From contig CALUIZ010000005.1 in NCBI GenBank assembly GCA_944320815.1, forward strand, positions 13,597 to 77,596: DNA of 64,000 nt, in the 5' to 3' direction. Each line of letters begins with the position of its first letter. Position 1 is the first letter of the stretch. Positions 45,054 through 53,369 of the stretch are shown here, in pieces. Both the position numbers and the translations under genes were made by a program. The notes below the pieces were generated by a model, which was not told the origin of the DNA, did no database searches, and saw only the letters and a list, made by a program, of their open reading frames with translations. The DNA is from an uncultured Phocaeicola sp. Lineage in GTDB: Bacteria > Bacteroidota > Bacteroidia > Bacteroidales > Bacteroidaceae.

Positions 45054-46424
45054 ATGGAAATGTCATTACATAATGGTGAAGAACGGCGGAAAGCGATGCC
45101 CGACTGGCTTTTCGTGCTCTGGGCGGGAGGGACTGCACTGCTGTCGTATTCGCTGGTCTATGCCCTCCGCAAACCCTTTACGGCTGCCGAGTTCGAAGGT
45201 ATGCAGGTGGCCGGGATGGACTATAAGATTGCGGTCAGCATCATCCAGCTGCTGGGATACGTGACGGCCAAACTTCTTGGCATCAAATATATATCGGAAC
45301 TGAAACCGGAGGGACGTCTGAAGTTCATTGTCGGTTCTGCGGCTTTGTCGGAAGCTGCGCTGCTGGCTTTCGGACTGCTTCCCATGCCCTATAATATAGT
45401 GGCGCTGTTTTTCAACGGGCTTTCTCTGGGCTGTATGTGGGGAGTGATTTTCAGCTTTCTCGAAGGCCGCCGCACTACAGACATCCTTGCCAGTATCATG
45501 GGGGTGAGTATGGCACTCAGTTCGGGCGTGGCGAAATCTCTGGGGCTTTACGCTCTCCACGACCTCCATGTCAGCGAATTCTGGATGCCTGCGCTTATCG
45601 GGGCTCTTGCGTTCCCCTTGTTGTGTTTCATGGGGTGGATGATGACCCGTTTCCCGAAGCCTACGGCGGAGGACATCGCCTCGCGTTCGGAGCGTGTGAC
45701 GCTGGACGGCCGCCAGCGTCTGGCCCTGTTCAGGCGTTTCATGCCCGTGCTGGTTCTGCTGTTCGGGGCCAATCTGCTGTTGACGGTGCAGCGCGACGTG
45801 AAAGAGGATTTCATCGTGTGCATCATTGATGTAAGCACCATTTCTTCGTGGGCCTTCGCTCAGATTGATTCGGTCGCCACGTTGGTGCTGCTGGCCATTT
45901 TCGCGCTGTTGTCAACTACTTACAATCATCTGAAGGTGCTTTGTATGCTGCTGATGCTTTCCATAGCCGGGATGGCGACACTTGCCGTCGTGGCGGCCAA
46001 TTATGAGCAGTTTCATCTGCCCGTCACCATCTGGCTGTTCCTTCAGAGCCTTTGTCTCGACATGGCCTACCTGAGTTTCCAGACTATTTTCTTTGAGCGG
46101 TTCATCGCCTGTTTCAAAATCAGGGGAAACGTAGGCTTTTTCATCATTACCATCGACTTTGTGGGTTATATGGGCACGCTGGCTCTGCTGGTATTCAAGG
46201 AGCTTCATGCCTCGCATGTCGACTGGACCGTGTTCTACAACGGGATGAGCGTGTTTGTCGGAGTGGCGTGTTGTTTGGCTTTCGTCGGTTCGCTGATTTA
46301 TATGGTCAACGCCAGCCTACGGTTCCGGAAGGATCCGGACGCGTTTTCGCTGGAAGACAAGACAGAAGTGCCGGTTGAGGAGAAAAAGACGAATGACAAT
46401 TGTTTAATGGCAAAAGCAATATGA
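45054..46424 (+). CDS. polytopic inner-membrane protein of unassigned family (candidate 2-aminoethylphosphonate transporter)
   Basis: ORF 45027..46424 is trimmed to the ATG at 45054 (MEMSLHNGEERRKAMPDWLF). It has about 10-12 hydrophobic segments. Its stop overlaps the phnX start (ATGA at 46421-46424). Confidence 0.6.
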   Translation: MEMSLHNGEERRKAMPDWLFVLWAGGTALLSYSLVYALRKPFTAAEFEGMQVAGMDYKIAVSIIQLLGYVTAKLLGIKYISELKPEGRLKFIVGSAALSEAALLAFGLLPMPYNIVALFFNGLSLGCMWGVIFSFLEGRRTTDILASIMGVSMALSSGVAKSLGLYALHDLHVSEFWMPALIGALAFPLLCFMGWMMTRFPKPTAEDIASRSERVTLDGRQRLALFRRFMPVLVLLFGANLLLTVQRDVKEDFIVCIIDVSTISSWAFAQIDSVATLVLLAIFALLSTTYNHLKVLCMLLMLSIAGMATLAVVAANYEQFHLPVTIWLFLQSLCLDMAYLSFQTIFFERFIACFKIRGNVGFFIITIDFVGYMGTLALLVFKELHASHVDWTVFYNGMSVFVGVACCLAFVGSLIYMVNASLRFRKDPDAFSLEDKTEVPVEEKKTNDNCLMAKAI

Positions 46425-47218
46425 AAAGAATTGAATGTGTGATTTTAGACTGGGCGGGTACGGCGGTCGATTATGGCTGCTTTGCACCGGTATCCGCTTT
46501 CATTGAAAGTTTCAGGTCGCTGGGGCTGGAGGTGACCGCTGCCGAGACACGTGCCCATATGGGGCTGACAAAGATTGAGGAAATCCGTGCGCTGTTCAGA
46601 ATCGGTCGTGTGGCCGATGCGTTCCGTGAAAAGTACGGGCGCGACTACAATGAGAATGATGTGCAGGCCTGTTATGCCGAGTTCCAGCGTCTGCTTTTTG
46701 CTTCTCTGCGAAGCTATTCGGGACCCATTTCCGGGGTGGTGGAGACGATAGACCTTCTGCGCGGGAGGGGAATCCTTATCGGCTCGACCACCGGATATAC
46801 GAAGGAGATGATGGACATCGTGATTCCGGCAGCTGCGGAACAGGGTTATCGGGTGGACAACTGTGTCACTTCCGACGGGCTTCCGGCGGGCCGTCCTTAT
46901 CCTTATATGATTTACAAGAACATGTGCGACCTGGCCATACCTTCGCGCTTTTCTGTCCTGAAATACGGTGACACCTTGTCCGACATCAGGGAGGGGGTGA
47001 ATGCCGGCGTGTGGAGCGTGGGCGTGGTCTTGGGCAGCAACGAACTCGGACTGACGGAAGAGGAGGTGAACGCACTGCCTGCGGATGAACTGAAGAGGCG
47101 GATGCAGGAAGTGAGATGCCGCATGTATGCTGCGGGCGCGCATTTCGTGGTGGATTCCATAGAGGAGTTGCCCGCGCTGATTGAGAGTATCAACGAAAGA
47201 ATGAATGCAAACATATAA
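46421..47218 (+). CDS. phnX: phosphonoacetaldehyde hydrolase (phosphonatase)
   Basis: ORF 46400..47218 is trimmed to MKRIECVILDWAGTAVDYGCFAP, which contains the HAD nucleophile motif DWAGT. It also has the Schiff-base Lys context HMGLTKIEE, plus GSTTGYTKEMM and KYGDTLSDIREGVNAG. Confidence 0.9.
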   Translation: MKRIECVILDWAGTAVDYGCFAPVSAFIESFRSLGLEVTAAETRAHMGLTKIEEIRALFRIGRVADAFREKYGRDYNENDVQACYAEFQRLLFASLRSYSGPISGVVETIDLLRGRGILIGSTTGYTKEMMDIVIPAAAEQGYRVDNCVTSDGLPAGRPYPYMIYKNMCDLAIPSRFSVLKYGDTLSDIREGVNAGVWSVGVVLGSNELGLTEEEVNALPADELKRRMQEVRCRMYAAGAHFVVDSIEELPALIESINERMNANI

Positions 47219-47230
47219 AGACAGAAAGTT

Positions 47231-48325
47231 ATGAGACCTTATTTGTTGTTGACTCCCGGTCCGCTGACCACCAGCGAGACCGTGAAGGAGGCCATGATGA
47301 GCGACTGGTGCACATGGGATGAAGATTATAACATCGGGATTGTGGAGGTGATCCGCAAACAGTTGGTGGAGCTGGCGAGCAGCCGCCCCGAAGAATATAC
47401 GGCTGTGCTGATGCAGGGAAGCGGAACATTCTGCGTGGAGGCTACTCTGGGGTCGGCCGTGCGTCCGGAAGACTGCCTTCTGGTGGCCGCCAATGGTGCC
47501 TACGGGAAACGTATGGGAGTGATTGCGGATTATTATCATCTGAACTGTCGTGTGATGCAGTTCGAGGAGACTCAGGCGGTCTGTCCGGAGCGGATTGGCG
47601 AATATCTGGACACGCATCCTGAAGTGACCCATGTGTCGGTGGTGCATTGCGAGACGACTACGGGTGTACTGAATCCGCTGGAAGAAATCGCGAAGGTGGT
47701 CAAGGCTCGCGGCAAGGTGTTGATAGTGGATGCCATGAGCAGTTTCGGAGGGGTGCCCATAGATATGGCTGCACTGGGTATTGATTTCTTGATCAGCAGT
47801 GCGAACAAATGCATCCAGGGTGTGCCGGGATTCGGTTTCATCATTGCCCGCCGCAGTCTTCTGGAGCAGTGCAGGGGAGTGGCCCGTTCTTTGTCGCTCG
47901 ACCTTTACGACCAGTGGAGCACAATGGAGAAGGGACACGGCAAATGGCGTTTCACTTCGCCCACCCATGTGGTCCGCGCCTTCATGCAGGCATTGAAGGA
48001 GTTGCAGATGGAGGGGGGAGTGGTCGCACGTCATGCGCGTTACTGTGAAAACCACCGCATTCTGGTGGAAGGCATGCGCTCGCTGGGCTTCAGGACGCTG
48101 CTCTCCGATGATGAGCAGTCGCCCGTCATCACTTCCTTCTATTATCCGGATGCGGACTTCGATTTCAAGGCCTTTTATTATGCACTGAAGGCGAAAGGTT
48201 TCGTGATTTATCCGGGGAAGATTTCCCAGGCCGACACCTTCCGTATCGGAAACATCGGTGACGTGTTCCCTACGGATTTCATCCGGCTGATTGAGGAAGT
48301 TCGGAAACTGGACATCAGGTTCTGA
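47231..48325 (+). CDS. phnW: 2-aminoethylphosphonate--pyruvate transaminase
   Basis: 364 aa starting [34 protein letters not shown]. The PLP-Lys context is [15 protein letters not shown]. Confidence 0.9.
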   Translation: MRPYLLLTPGPLTTSETVKEAMMSDWCTWDEDYNIGIVEVIRKQLVELASSRPEEYTAVLMQGSGTFCVEATLGSAVRPEDCLLVAANGAYGKRMGVIADYYHLNCRVMQFEETQAVCPERIGEYLDTHPEVTHVSVVHCETTTGVLNPLEEIAKVVKARGKVLIVDAMSSFGGVPIDMAALGIDFLISSANKCIQGVPGFGFIIARRSLLEQCRGVARSLSLDLYDQWSTMEKGHGKWRFTSPTHVVRAFMQALKELQMEGGVVARHARYCENHRILVEGMRSLGFRTLLSDDEQSPVITSFYYPDADFDFKAFYYALKAKGFVIYPGKISQADTFRIGNIGDVFPTDFIRLIEEVRKLDIRF

Positions 48326-48348
48326 TTTCCGGTGATATACGGCGAAGG

Positions 48349-48400
48349 GTACGGAGACGGACAGAGGAGGTGATTCTTCTGTCCGTCTCCGTACTTTTTC
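48349..48400 (+). terminator. intrinsic terminator after phnW
   Basis: The arms gtacggagacggacaga (48349-48365) and tctgtccgtctccgtac (48378-48394) match 17/17 and are followed by T5. Confidence 0.75.
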
Positions 48401-48453
48401 CGTTTCTGGTAAAATATATATGGATGTCTTGTGGATTTTCTGGTGAAAGTGTC

Positions 48454-48461
48454 TACATTTG
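48454..48461 (+). promoter_or_regulatory. putative -7 box (TACATTTG) for the Smr-domain gene
   Basis: tacatttg lies 35 nt upstream of the ATG at 48496. Confidence 0.45.
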
Positions 48462-48495
48462 TAATGTGTTGAATAAAATCTAAAAGACGAATTAT

Positions 48496-49557
48496 ATGAA
48501 GATTGGAGATAAGGTCCGCTTCCTGAGTGAAGTGGGAGGCGGGACAGTGAAAGGCTTCCAGGGGAAAGACATTGCGCTGGTGGAGGATGAGGACGGATTT
48601 GAAATACCGATGCTGGTGAAGGAATGTGTGGTTGTCCAGACCGATGACTATAACATTCCGCTGAAGACGGCACCGAAACCGTCGCTTCCGGAAAAGGATG
48701 AGGAAGAAGAGGAAGAGAAAGAAGACGAGCGTCCGGTCACTTACCGTGCGCCTGAAATCCGCGGGAATGATGTGCTGAACGTGTATCTGGCTTATGTGCC
48801 TCAGGACCTGAAGGCGATTTCTTCCACATTGTTCGATGCCTATCTCGTGAACGACAGCAATTATTTCATCGACTATCTGTATCTGTCGGCTGAGGGGAAA
48901 AGCTGGACGCTGCGCAGCCGGGGCACGGTGAAACCCAACATGAAGCTGCATCTGGAAGAGTTCGGAAGGTCGGAACTGAATGCGCTGGAGCATGTGGCCG
49001 TGCAGATTCTTGCCTATAAGGACGACCGGACTTTTCTGCTGAAGCCGGCGGTGAACCAGGAGTTCCGCATCGATGTCGTGAAGTTCTACAAGCTGCACAC
49101 GTTCCAGCCGTCGGACTTTTTTGAGGAGCCTGCTTTGGTTTATGAGGTGGTGAAGGACGATGAAAGCGTGAAACAGGTGTATGCCTCGGCCGATGACATA
49201 AAGGCGGCTCTGCTGCAGAAGTCGGTGTCCGATGCGCCTTCCCGTCCGCAGAAGAAACAGCACAAGGTGAAGAATGACATGGTGGAGGTGGACCTGCATA
49301 TTCATGAACTTCTGGACGATACGGCCGGCATGAGCAATTCGGAGATGCTGGACTACCAGCTCGACGTGTTCCGGAAGACATTGGAGGAATTCAGGAACAA
49401 GAAAGGACAGCGCATCGTGTTCATTCATGGAAAGGGCGACGGGGTGCTGCGCCGTGCCATCCTCGACGAGTTGAAACGGAAATATAAGAATTATACCAGT
49501 CAGGACGCTTCGTTCCGCGAATACGGGTTCGGAGCCACGATGGTGACAATACATTAA
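48496..49557 (+). CDS. Smr (small MutS-related) domain protein with a large N-terminal domain of unknown function
   Basis: 353 aa. The C-terminal Smr domain reads [11 protein letters not shown]...[25 protein letters not shown]. An acidic linker ([10 protein letters not shown]) follows an SH3-like N-terminus (KIGDKVRF...GTVKGF). Confidence 0.7.
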   Translation: MKIGDKVRFLSEVGGGTVKGFQGKDIALVEDEDGFEIPMLVKECVVVQTDDYNIPLKTAPKPSLPEKDEEEEEEKEDERPVTYRAPEIRGNDVLNVYLAYVPQDLKAISSTLFDAYLVNDSNYFIDYLYLSAEGKSWTLRSRGTVKPNMKLHLEEFGRSELNALEHVAVQILAYKDDRTFLLKPAVNQEFRIDVVKFYKLHTFQPSDFFEEPALVYEVVKDDESVKQVYASADDIKAALLQKSVSDAPSRPQKKQHKVKNDMVEVDLHIHELLDDTAGMSNSEMLDYQLDVFRKTLEEFRNKKGQRIVFIHGKGDGVLRRAILDELKRKYKNYTSQDASFREYGFGATMVTIH

Positions 49558-49563
49558 ACTGCT

Positions 49564-49974
49564 ATGGGTACATTGAAGGATATGCTTGCTCACGACCGCT
49601 TTGCTGCGTGTGCGGGGGTGGAACTGCTTGAAATCAATCCGGGATATGCCAAGGCCCGGATGGAAGTGACGGAGAATCATCTGAACGCCGGAGGGGTGTG
49701 CCAGGGAGGCGCGCTGTTCACGCTGGCCGATCTGGCCTTTGCGGCGGTAGCGAACAGCCGTGAACGGCTCACGCTTTCGCTCAACGCGCAGATTACGTTC
49801 CTCCGTCCTGCCCGCAAGGGTTATGTCTATGCCGAAGCGAACGAGGTGTTCAACCATGCGCGTATTCCTTTCATCGAGGTGCGTATCGTGGATGAGGACC
49901 AGCAGCTGATTGCCATCCTGACCAGTTCGGGCTACCGGAAGAACGAGGAGCTGGATGTGGACGGACTGGAATAG
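49564..49974 (+). CDS. PaaI-family hotdog-fold thioesterase
   Basis: 136 aa with the pattern NHLNAGGVCQGGALFTLADLAFAAVANS. It starts 6 nt after the Smr gene. Confidence 0.7.
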   Translation: MGTLKDMLAHDRFAACAGVELLEINPGYAKARMEVTENHLNAGGVCQGGALFTLADLAFAAVANSRERLTLSLNAQITFLRPARKGYVYAEANEVFNHARIPFIEVRIVDEDQQLIAILTSSGYRKNEELDVDGLE

Positions 49975-49995
49975 TCTGGTTCGTCTTTATAGGGA

Positions 49996-50068
49996 AGGGC
50001 TGTCTGAAAATAAGAGTGGCTATGCTTTTGATAGTCAGATTTTATTTTCAGGCAGCCTTGCTTTTTTG
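49996..50068 (+). terminator. long-loop hairpin plus T-tract after the thioesterase gene
   Basis: The arms ggctgtctgaaaataa (49998-50013) and ttattttcaggcagcc (50042-50057) match 15/16 around a 28-nt loop and are followed by T6. Confidence 0.6.
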
Positions 50069-50139
50069 TTCTTTTAACTATGAAAAGTAGTTGATAAACT
50101 AAATTTTTTAGTTCATTTGCAGAAACAAAAGTTCCGGTT

Positions 50140-50520
50140 ATGAAAACACTGACAGCTAAGGAAGAAGAAGTGATGGGATTTTTCTGGGAAAAAGGCCCTC
50201 TGTTCGTGAAGCAACTTCTTGATTTTTATGATGAACCGCGTCCTCATTTCAATACATTGTCGACCATTGTGCGCGGTCTGGAGGAGAAAGGTTATTTGTC
50301 GCACACCTCTTTCGGCAATACTTATCAATATTATGCCTTGGTTTCAAGGGAGGATTTCAAGAGACAGACGCTTAAAGGGGTAATAAGCAAATATTTTAAC
50401 AATTCCTATCTGGGTGTTGTCTCTTCGCTGGTGAGGGAGGAAGAGATTTCGCTCGACGAATTGAAGGAGCTTATCCGTCAGGTGGAAGAGGATGCGGATA
50501 AGGGCAGGCAGAACCGATAA
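50140..50520 (+). CDS. BlaI/MecI/CopY family transcriptional repressor
   Basis: 126 aa with the winged-helix N-terminus LTAKEEEVMGFFWEKGPLFVKQLLDFY...NTLSTIVRGLEEKGYL. Confidence 0.8.
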   Translation: MKTLTAKEEEVMGFFWEKGPLFVKQLLDFYDEPRPHFNTLSTIVRGLEEKGYLSHTSFGNTYQYYALVSREDFKRQTLKGVISKYFNNSYLGVVSSLVREEEISLDELKELIRQVEEDADKGRQNR

Positions 50521-50532
50521 TTGGAGGTATGT

Positions 50533-52260
50533 ATGGGCGAGTTTCTTGTGTATATGTTGAAATCGGCTGCTTGTCTGGCTGTTTTTTTCCTGTTTTACAA
50601 GTGTCTGTTGTGCAGGGAAAGTTTTCATCGTTTCAATCGGCTGCTGTTGCTGTGTATGGGGCCGTTGGCTTGTGTGCTTCCTTGTGTGCGGATAACGAGG
50701 GAGGGCACTGCGCCTTTGGTTCCGGAGATTCTACCTGTGGATGGTTGGCTGGCAACGGTCCAGTCGGGTAAGATTTTGCAGGAGGCAGGAGATGTGCATG
50801 TGTTTACATGGCCGGACATGGTCGTTCTGGTGTACATGGTGGGTGTGATGGTTTCTCTGTTGTGGGAGATGGGGGCTGTGATGCATATATGTCGTTTGCT
50901 CCGCGGAGGAAAGAAACGGAGGGTTGGTGGCATTTGTTTGGTGGTGCATCAGAAAGAAATGGCTCCGTTCAGTTGGATGAAATACGTTGTCATCTCAGAG
51001 AACGATTTGAAAGAATATGGGAAGGTTATCCTTCTGCACGAGCAGGCGCATATTCGTCTGCATCATTCATGTGATTTGTTGCTGGCCGAGCTGTTGGTTT
51101 GCGTGCAGTGGTTCAATCCGGCGGCATGGTGCTTGAAGCACGAGTTGCAGACTGTGCATGAATATGAGGCCGACGAAGCGGTAGTAGTCCGTGGCGGTGT
51201 CGATGCGAAGGAGTATCAGTTGATATTGATAAAAAAAGCCGTTGGCGCAAGGCTCTACTCTCTTGCCAACAGCTTTAATCACAGTTCACTTAAAAAACGT
51301 ATCACTATGATGAGAAGAAAATCAAATCCGTGGGCGCGCATGAAAGGACTTTATGTGCTTCCACTTGCGGCTATGTCTGTAGTCGCTTTCGCGCGTCCTG
51401 AAGTTTCGGGCTCATTGGCCGGAATTTCAGATGTCAAAGTTACTGATTTGTCTGCAATTGTGAAAGCAGACGGAGTTGAAAATGTGGAAAATGTCCAGGA
51501 AATACACCGGAAAGACAGCTTGGTAGGCCGGAAGGTGGTGGTGAGGTCGAAGAAAAGAGACATGAGCAACGCCGAGGTGGTGGTTGTAGGCTATACTTCT
51601 GGTAGTGATGAGGAGCCGGAAAATATTTTCGATGCGGCAGACATGATGCCGGAATATCCCGGAGGGATGAAAGAATGTTTTCGTTTTCTCGCCAAAAACC
51701 TGCGCTATCCCGTGAAGGCTGTAGAGAATCGCACGGAAGGCAAGGTCGTTGTGCGGTTTGTTGTAGAAAAGGACGGGAGTCTTTCAGGCGTACATGTGCT
51801 GAACGGAGCAGACTCGTATCTGGACGCTGAAGCACTTAGAGTGGTCCGCTCGATGCCGAAATGGAATCCGGGTCAGTTGGATGGCAAACCGGTGCGGACA
51901 AGGTTTGTTTTGCCTGTCGTGTTTAAGTTGCAGGAGCAGGAGGGGAAGACAAAGACGGATGCGGGTCAGACCGCCGGAGCGGATGCCGGGCGCGTGAATC
52001 CTGAAATGTCCCCACTGGTTTTTGTGGACGGAACAGAATATACGGGTGACCTCAGCAAGATTGATCCGGACCGGATAGAAAGCATTTCCGTATTGAAGGA
52101 CGGACGGGCTACCGCTGCATATGGCATCAAGGGAAAGAACGGGGTGATTCTCGTCAAGACCAAGACTTCGGGCAAACTGAATGCGCCTGTGTCGAAGATT
52201 GAGTATAATGAGCAGGACAAGAATGCGGTAGTTCGCATCACGACCGCGGAAAAAGAATAA
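50533..52260 (+). CDS. M56 (BlaR1-like) metallopeptidase sensor fused to a TonB C-terminal domain and a plug-like C-terminal motif
   Basis: ORF 50521..52260 (TTG start) is trimmed to the ATG at 50533. It has N-terminal TM helices and the HEXXH motif LHEQAHIRLHH. The TonB_C-like segment is MPEYPGGMKECFRFLAKNLRYPVKAVENRTEGKVVVRFVVEKDGS. The C-terminal motif is IESISVLKDGRATAAYGIKGKNGVILVKTK. Confidence 0.8.
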   Translation: MGEFLVYMLKSAACLAVFFLFYKCLLCRESFHRFNRLLLLCMGPLACVLPCVRITREGTAPLVPEILPVDGWLATVQSGKILQEAGDVHVFTWPDMVVLVYMVGVMVSLLWEMGAVMHICRLLRGGKKRRVGGICLVVHQKEMAPFSWMKYVVISENDLKEYGKVILLHEQAHIRLHHSCDLLLAELLVCVQWFNPAAWCLKHELQTVHEYEADEAVVVRGGVDAKEYQLILIKKAVGARLYSLANSFNHSSLKKRITMMRRKSNPWARMKGLYVLPLAAMSVVAFARPEVSGSLAGISDVKVTDLSAIVKADGVENVENVQEIHRKDSLVGRKVVVRSKKRDMSNAEVVVVGYTSGSDEEPENIFDAADMMPEYPGGMKECFRFLAKNLRYPVKAVENRTEGKVVVRFVVEKDGSLSGVHVLNGADSYLDAEALRVVRSMPKWNPGQLDGKPVRTRFVLPVVFKLQEQEGKTKTDAGQTAGADAGRVNPEMSPLVFVDGTEYTGDLSKIDPDRIESISVLKDGRATAAYGIKGKNGVILVKTKTSGKLNAPVSKIEYNEQDKNAVVRITTAEKE

Positions 52261-52273
52261 GGACAAAAAGACA

Positions 52274-52320
52274 GAATCCTTAAAAAAACGGATAATATTT
52301 GCCCGTTTTTTTAAGGATTC
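52274..52320. terminator. 18-bp perfect hairpin between the M56 gene and the metF promoter
   Basis: The arms gaatccttaaaaaaacgg (52274-52291) and ccgtttttttaaggattc (52303-52320) flank an 11-nt loop. Confidence 0.65.
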
Positions 52321-52322
52321 GT

Positions 52323-52330
52323 TACCTTTG
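52323..52330 (+). promoter_or_regulatory. putative -7 box (TACCTTTG) for metF
   Basis: tacctttg lies 24 nt upstream of the ATG at 52354. Confidence 0.45.
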
Positions 52331-52353
52331 CGGAGAACAATACAGAAAATAAG

Positions 52354-53316
52354 ATGAAAGTCGTAGATTTTATAGAAAGCAGGAAAGACAGTGGACGTCC
52401 GGTCTTTTCGTTTGAGATATTGCCTCCGCTGAAAGGGAACAGCATCCAGAAGGTGTATAACGTGATTGAGAAACTGAGGGAGTTTGAACCGAAATACATC
52501 AACATCACTTCGCATCACAGCGAGATTGTCTATGTGCCCCAGCCCGACGGAAATCTGAAGAAAGCTACGGTGCGCAAGCGTCCGGGCACGGTGGCGGTGG
52601 CTGCGGCCATCCAGAACAAGTATGGCATTCAGGCAGTTCCGCACATCATTTGCAAGGGATTCACCAAGGAAGAGACGGAGTATGCGCTGTTGGACCTGAA
52701 TTTTCTGGGAATCTCCAATCTGCTGCTGCTCCGTGGAGACGCAAAGTCGCTGGACATTCCGGCGAAAGACAGGGACCTGTATCATGAGCATGCCACAGAC
52801 CTCCAGCGGCAGGTCAATCTGTTCAATCAGGGAATCGCGCTCGACGGGTCGAAGATTGAGGGCATCGAAACTCCTTTCTCCTACGGGATGGCCTGCTATC
52901 CGGAAAAGCATGAGGAAGCTCCCAACATGGAGTCGGACATCTTCTATCTGAAAGAAAAAGTGCGCAACGGAGCCGACTATGTGGTGACGCAGATGTTTTT
53001 CGACAACGAAAAGTTTTATTCGTTCGTGGAGCGTTGCCGTAAGGAAGGTATCAACGTGCCGATTATTCCGGGCATCAAGCCGGTGGTGCTGAAGAGCCAG
53101 CTCACGGTGCTTCCGCGTGTGTTCCGCACGGACATTCCCGAGCCGCTCGCCGCCGAACTCCGCAAGTGTAAGACGGACGATGAGGTGAAGGCTGTAGGTG
53201 TGGAGTGGGGCATCGAGCAGTGCCGGGACCTCATCAGACATGGTGTGCCGGGACTTCATTTCTATACGCTTCTCGCATCAGACAGTGTGCGGAAAATTGC
53301 CGAAGCCATTTATTAG
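52354..53316 (+). CDS. metF: methylenetetrahydrofolate reductase [NAD(P)H]
   Basis: 320 aa with the pattern FSFEILPPLKG...YINITSHHS...QAVPHIICKGF...DYVVTQMFFDNEKFYSF...GIKPV, typical of MetF. Confidence 0.9.
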   Translation: MKVVDFIESRKDSGRPVFSFEILPPLKGNSIQKVYNVIEKLREFEPKYINITSHHSEIVYVPQPDGNLKKATVRKRPGTVAVAAAIQNKYGIQAVPHIICKGFTKEETEYALLDLNFLGISNLLLLRGDAKSLDIPAKDRDLYHEHATDLQRQVNLFNQGIALDGSKIEGIETPFSYGMACYPEKHEEAPNMESDIFYLKEKVRNGADYVVTQMFFDNEKFYSFVERCRKEGINVPIIPGIKPVVLKSQLTVLPRVFRTDIPEPLAAELRKCKTDDEVKAVGVEWGIEQCRDLIRHGVPGLHFYTLLASDSVRKIAEAIY

Positions 53317-53369
53317 TTGGTAGTTAAGAATACGTTCTCAACTCTCAACTATTAATTGTTAATTATCAA

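Noticed and set aside
46445-48673. A 742-aa minus-strand ORF spanning phnX, phnW, the terminator and the start of the Smr gene.
   Set aside because: It is antisense to three well-supported genes. Its translation is low-complexity and His/Arg/Pro/Ser-rich, with no recognisable motif, promoter box or sensible start context. It is a typical stop-poor shadow frame of GC3-rich genes.
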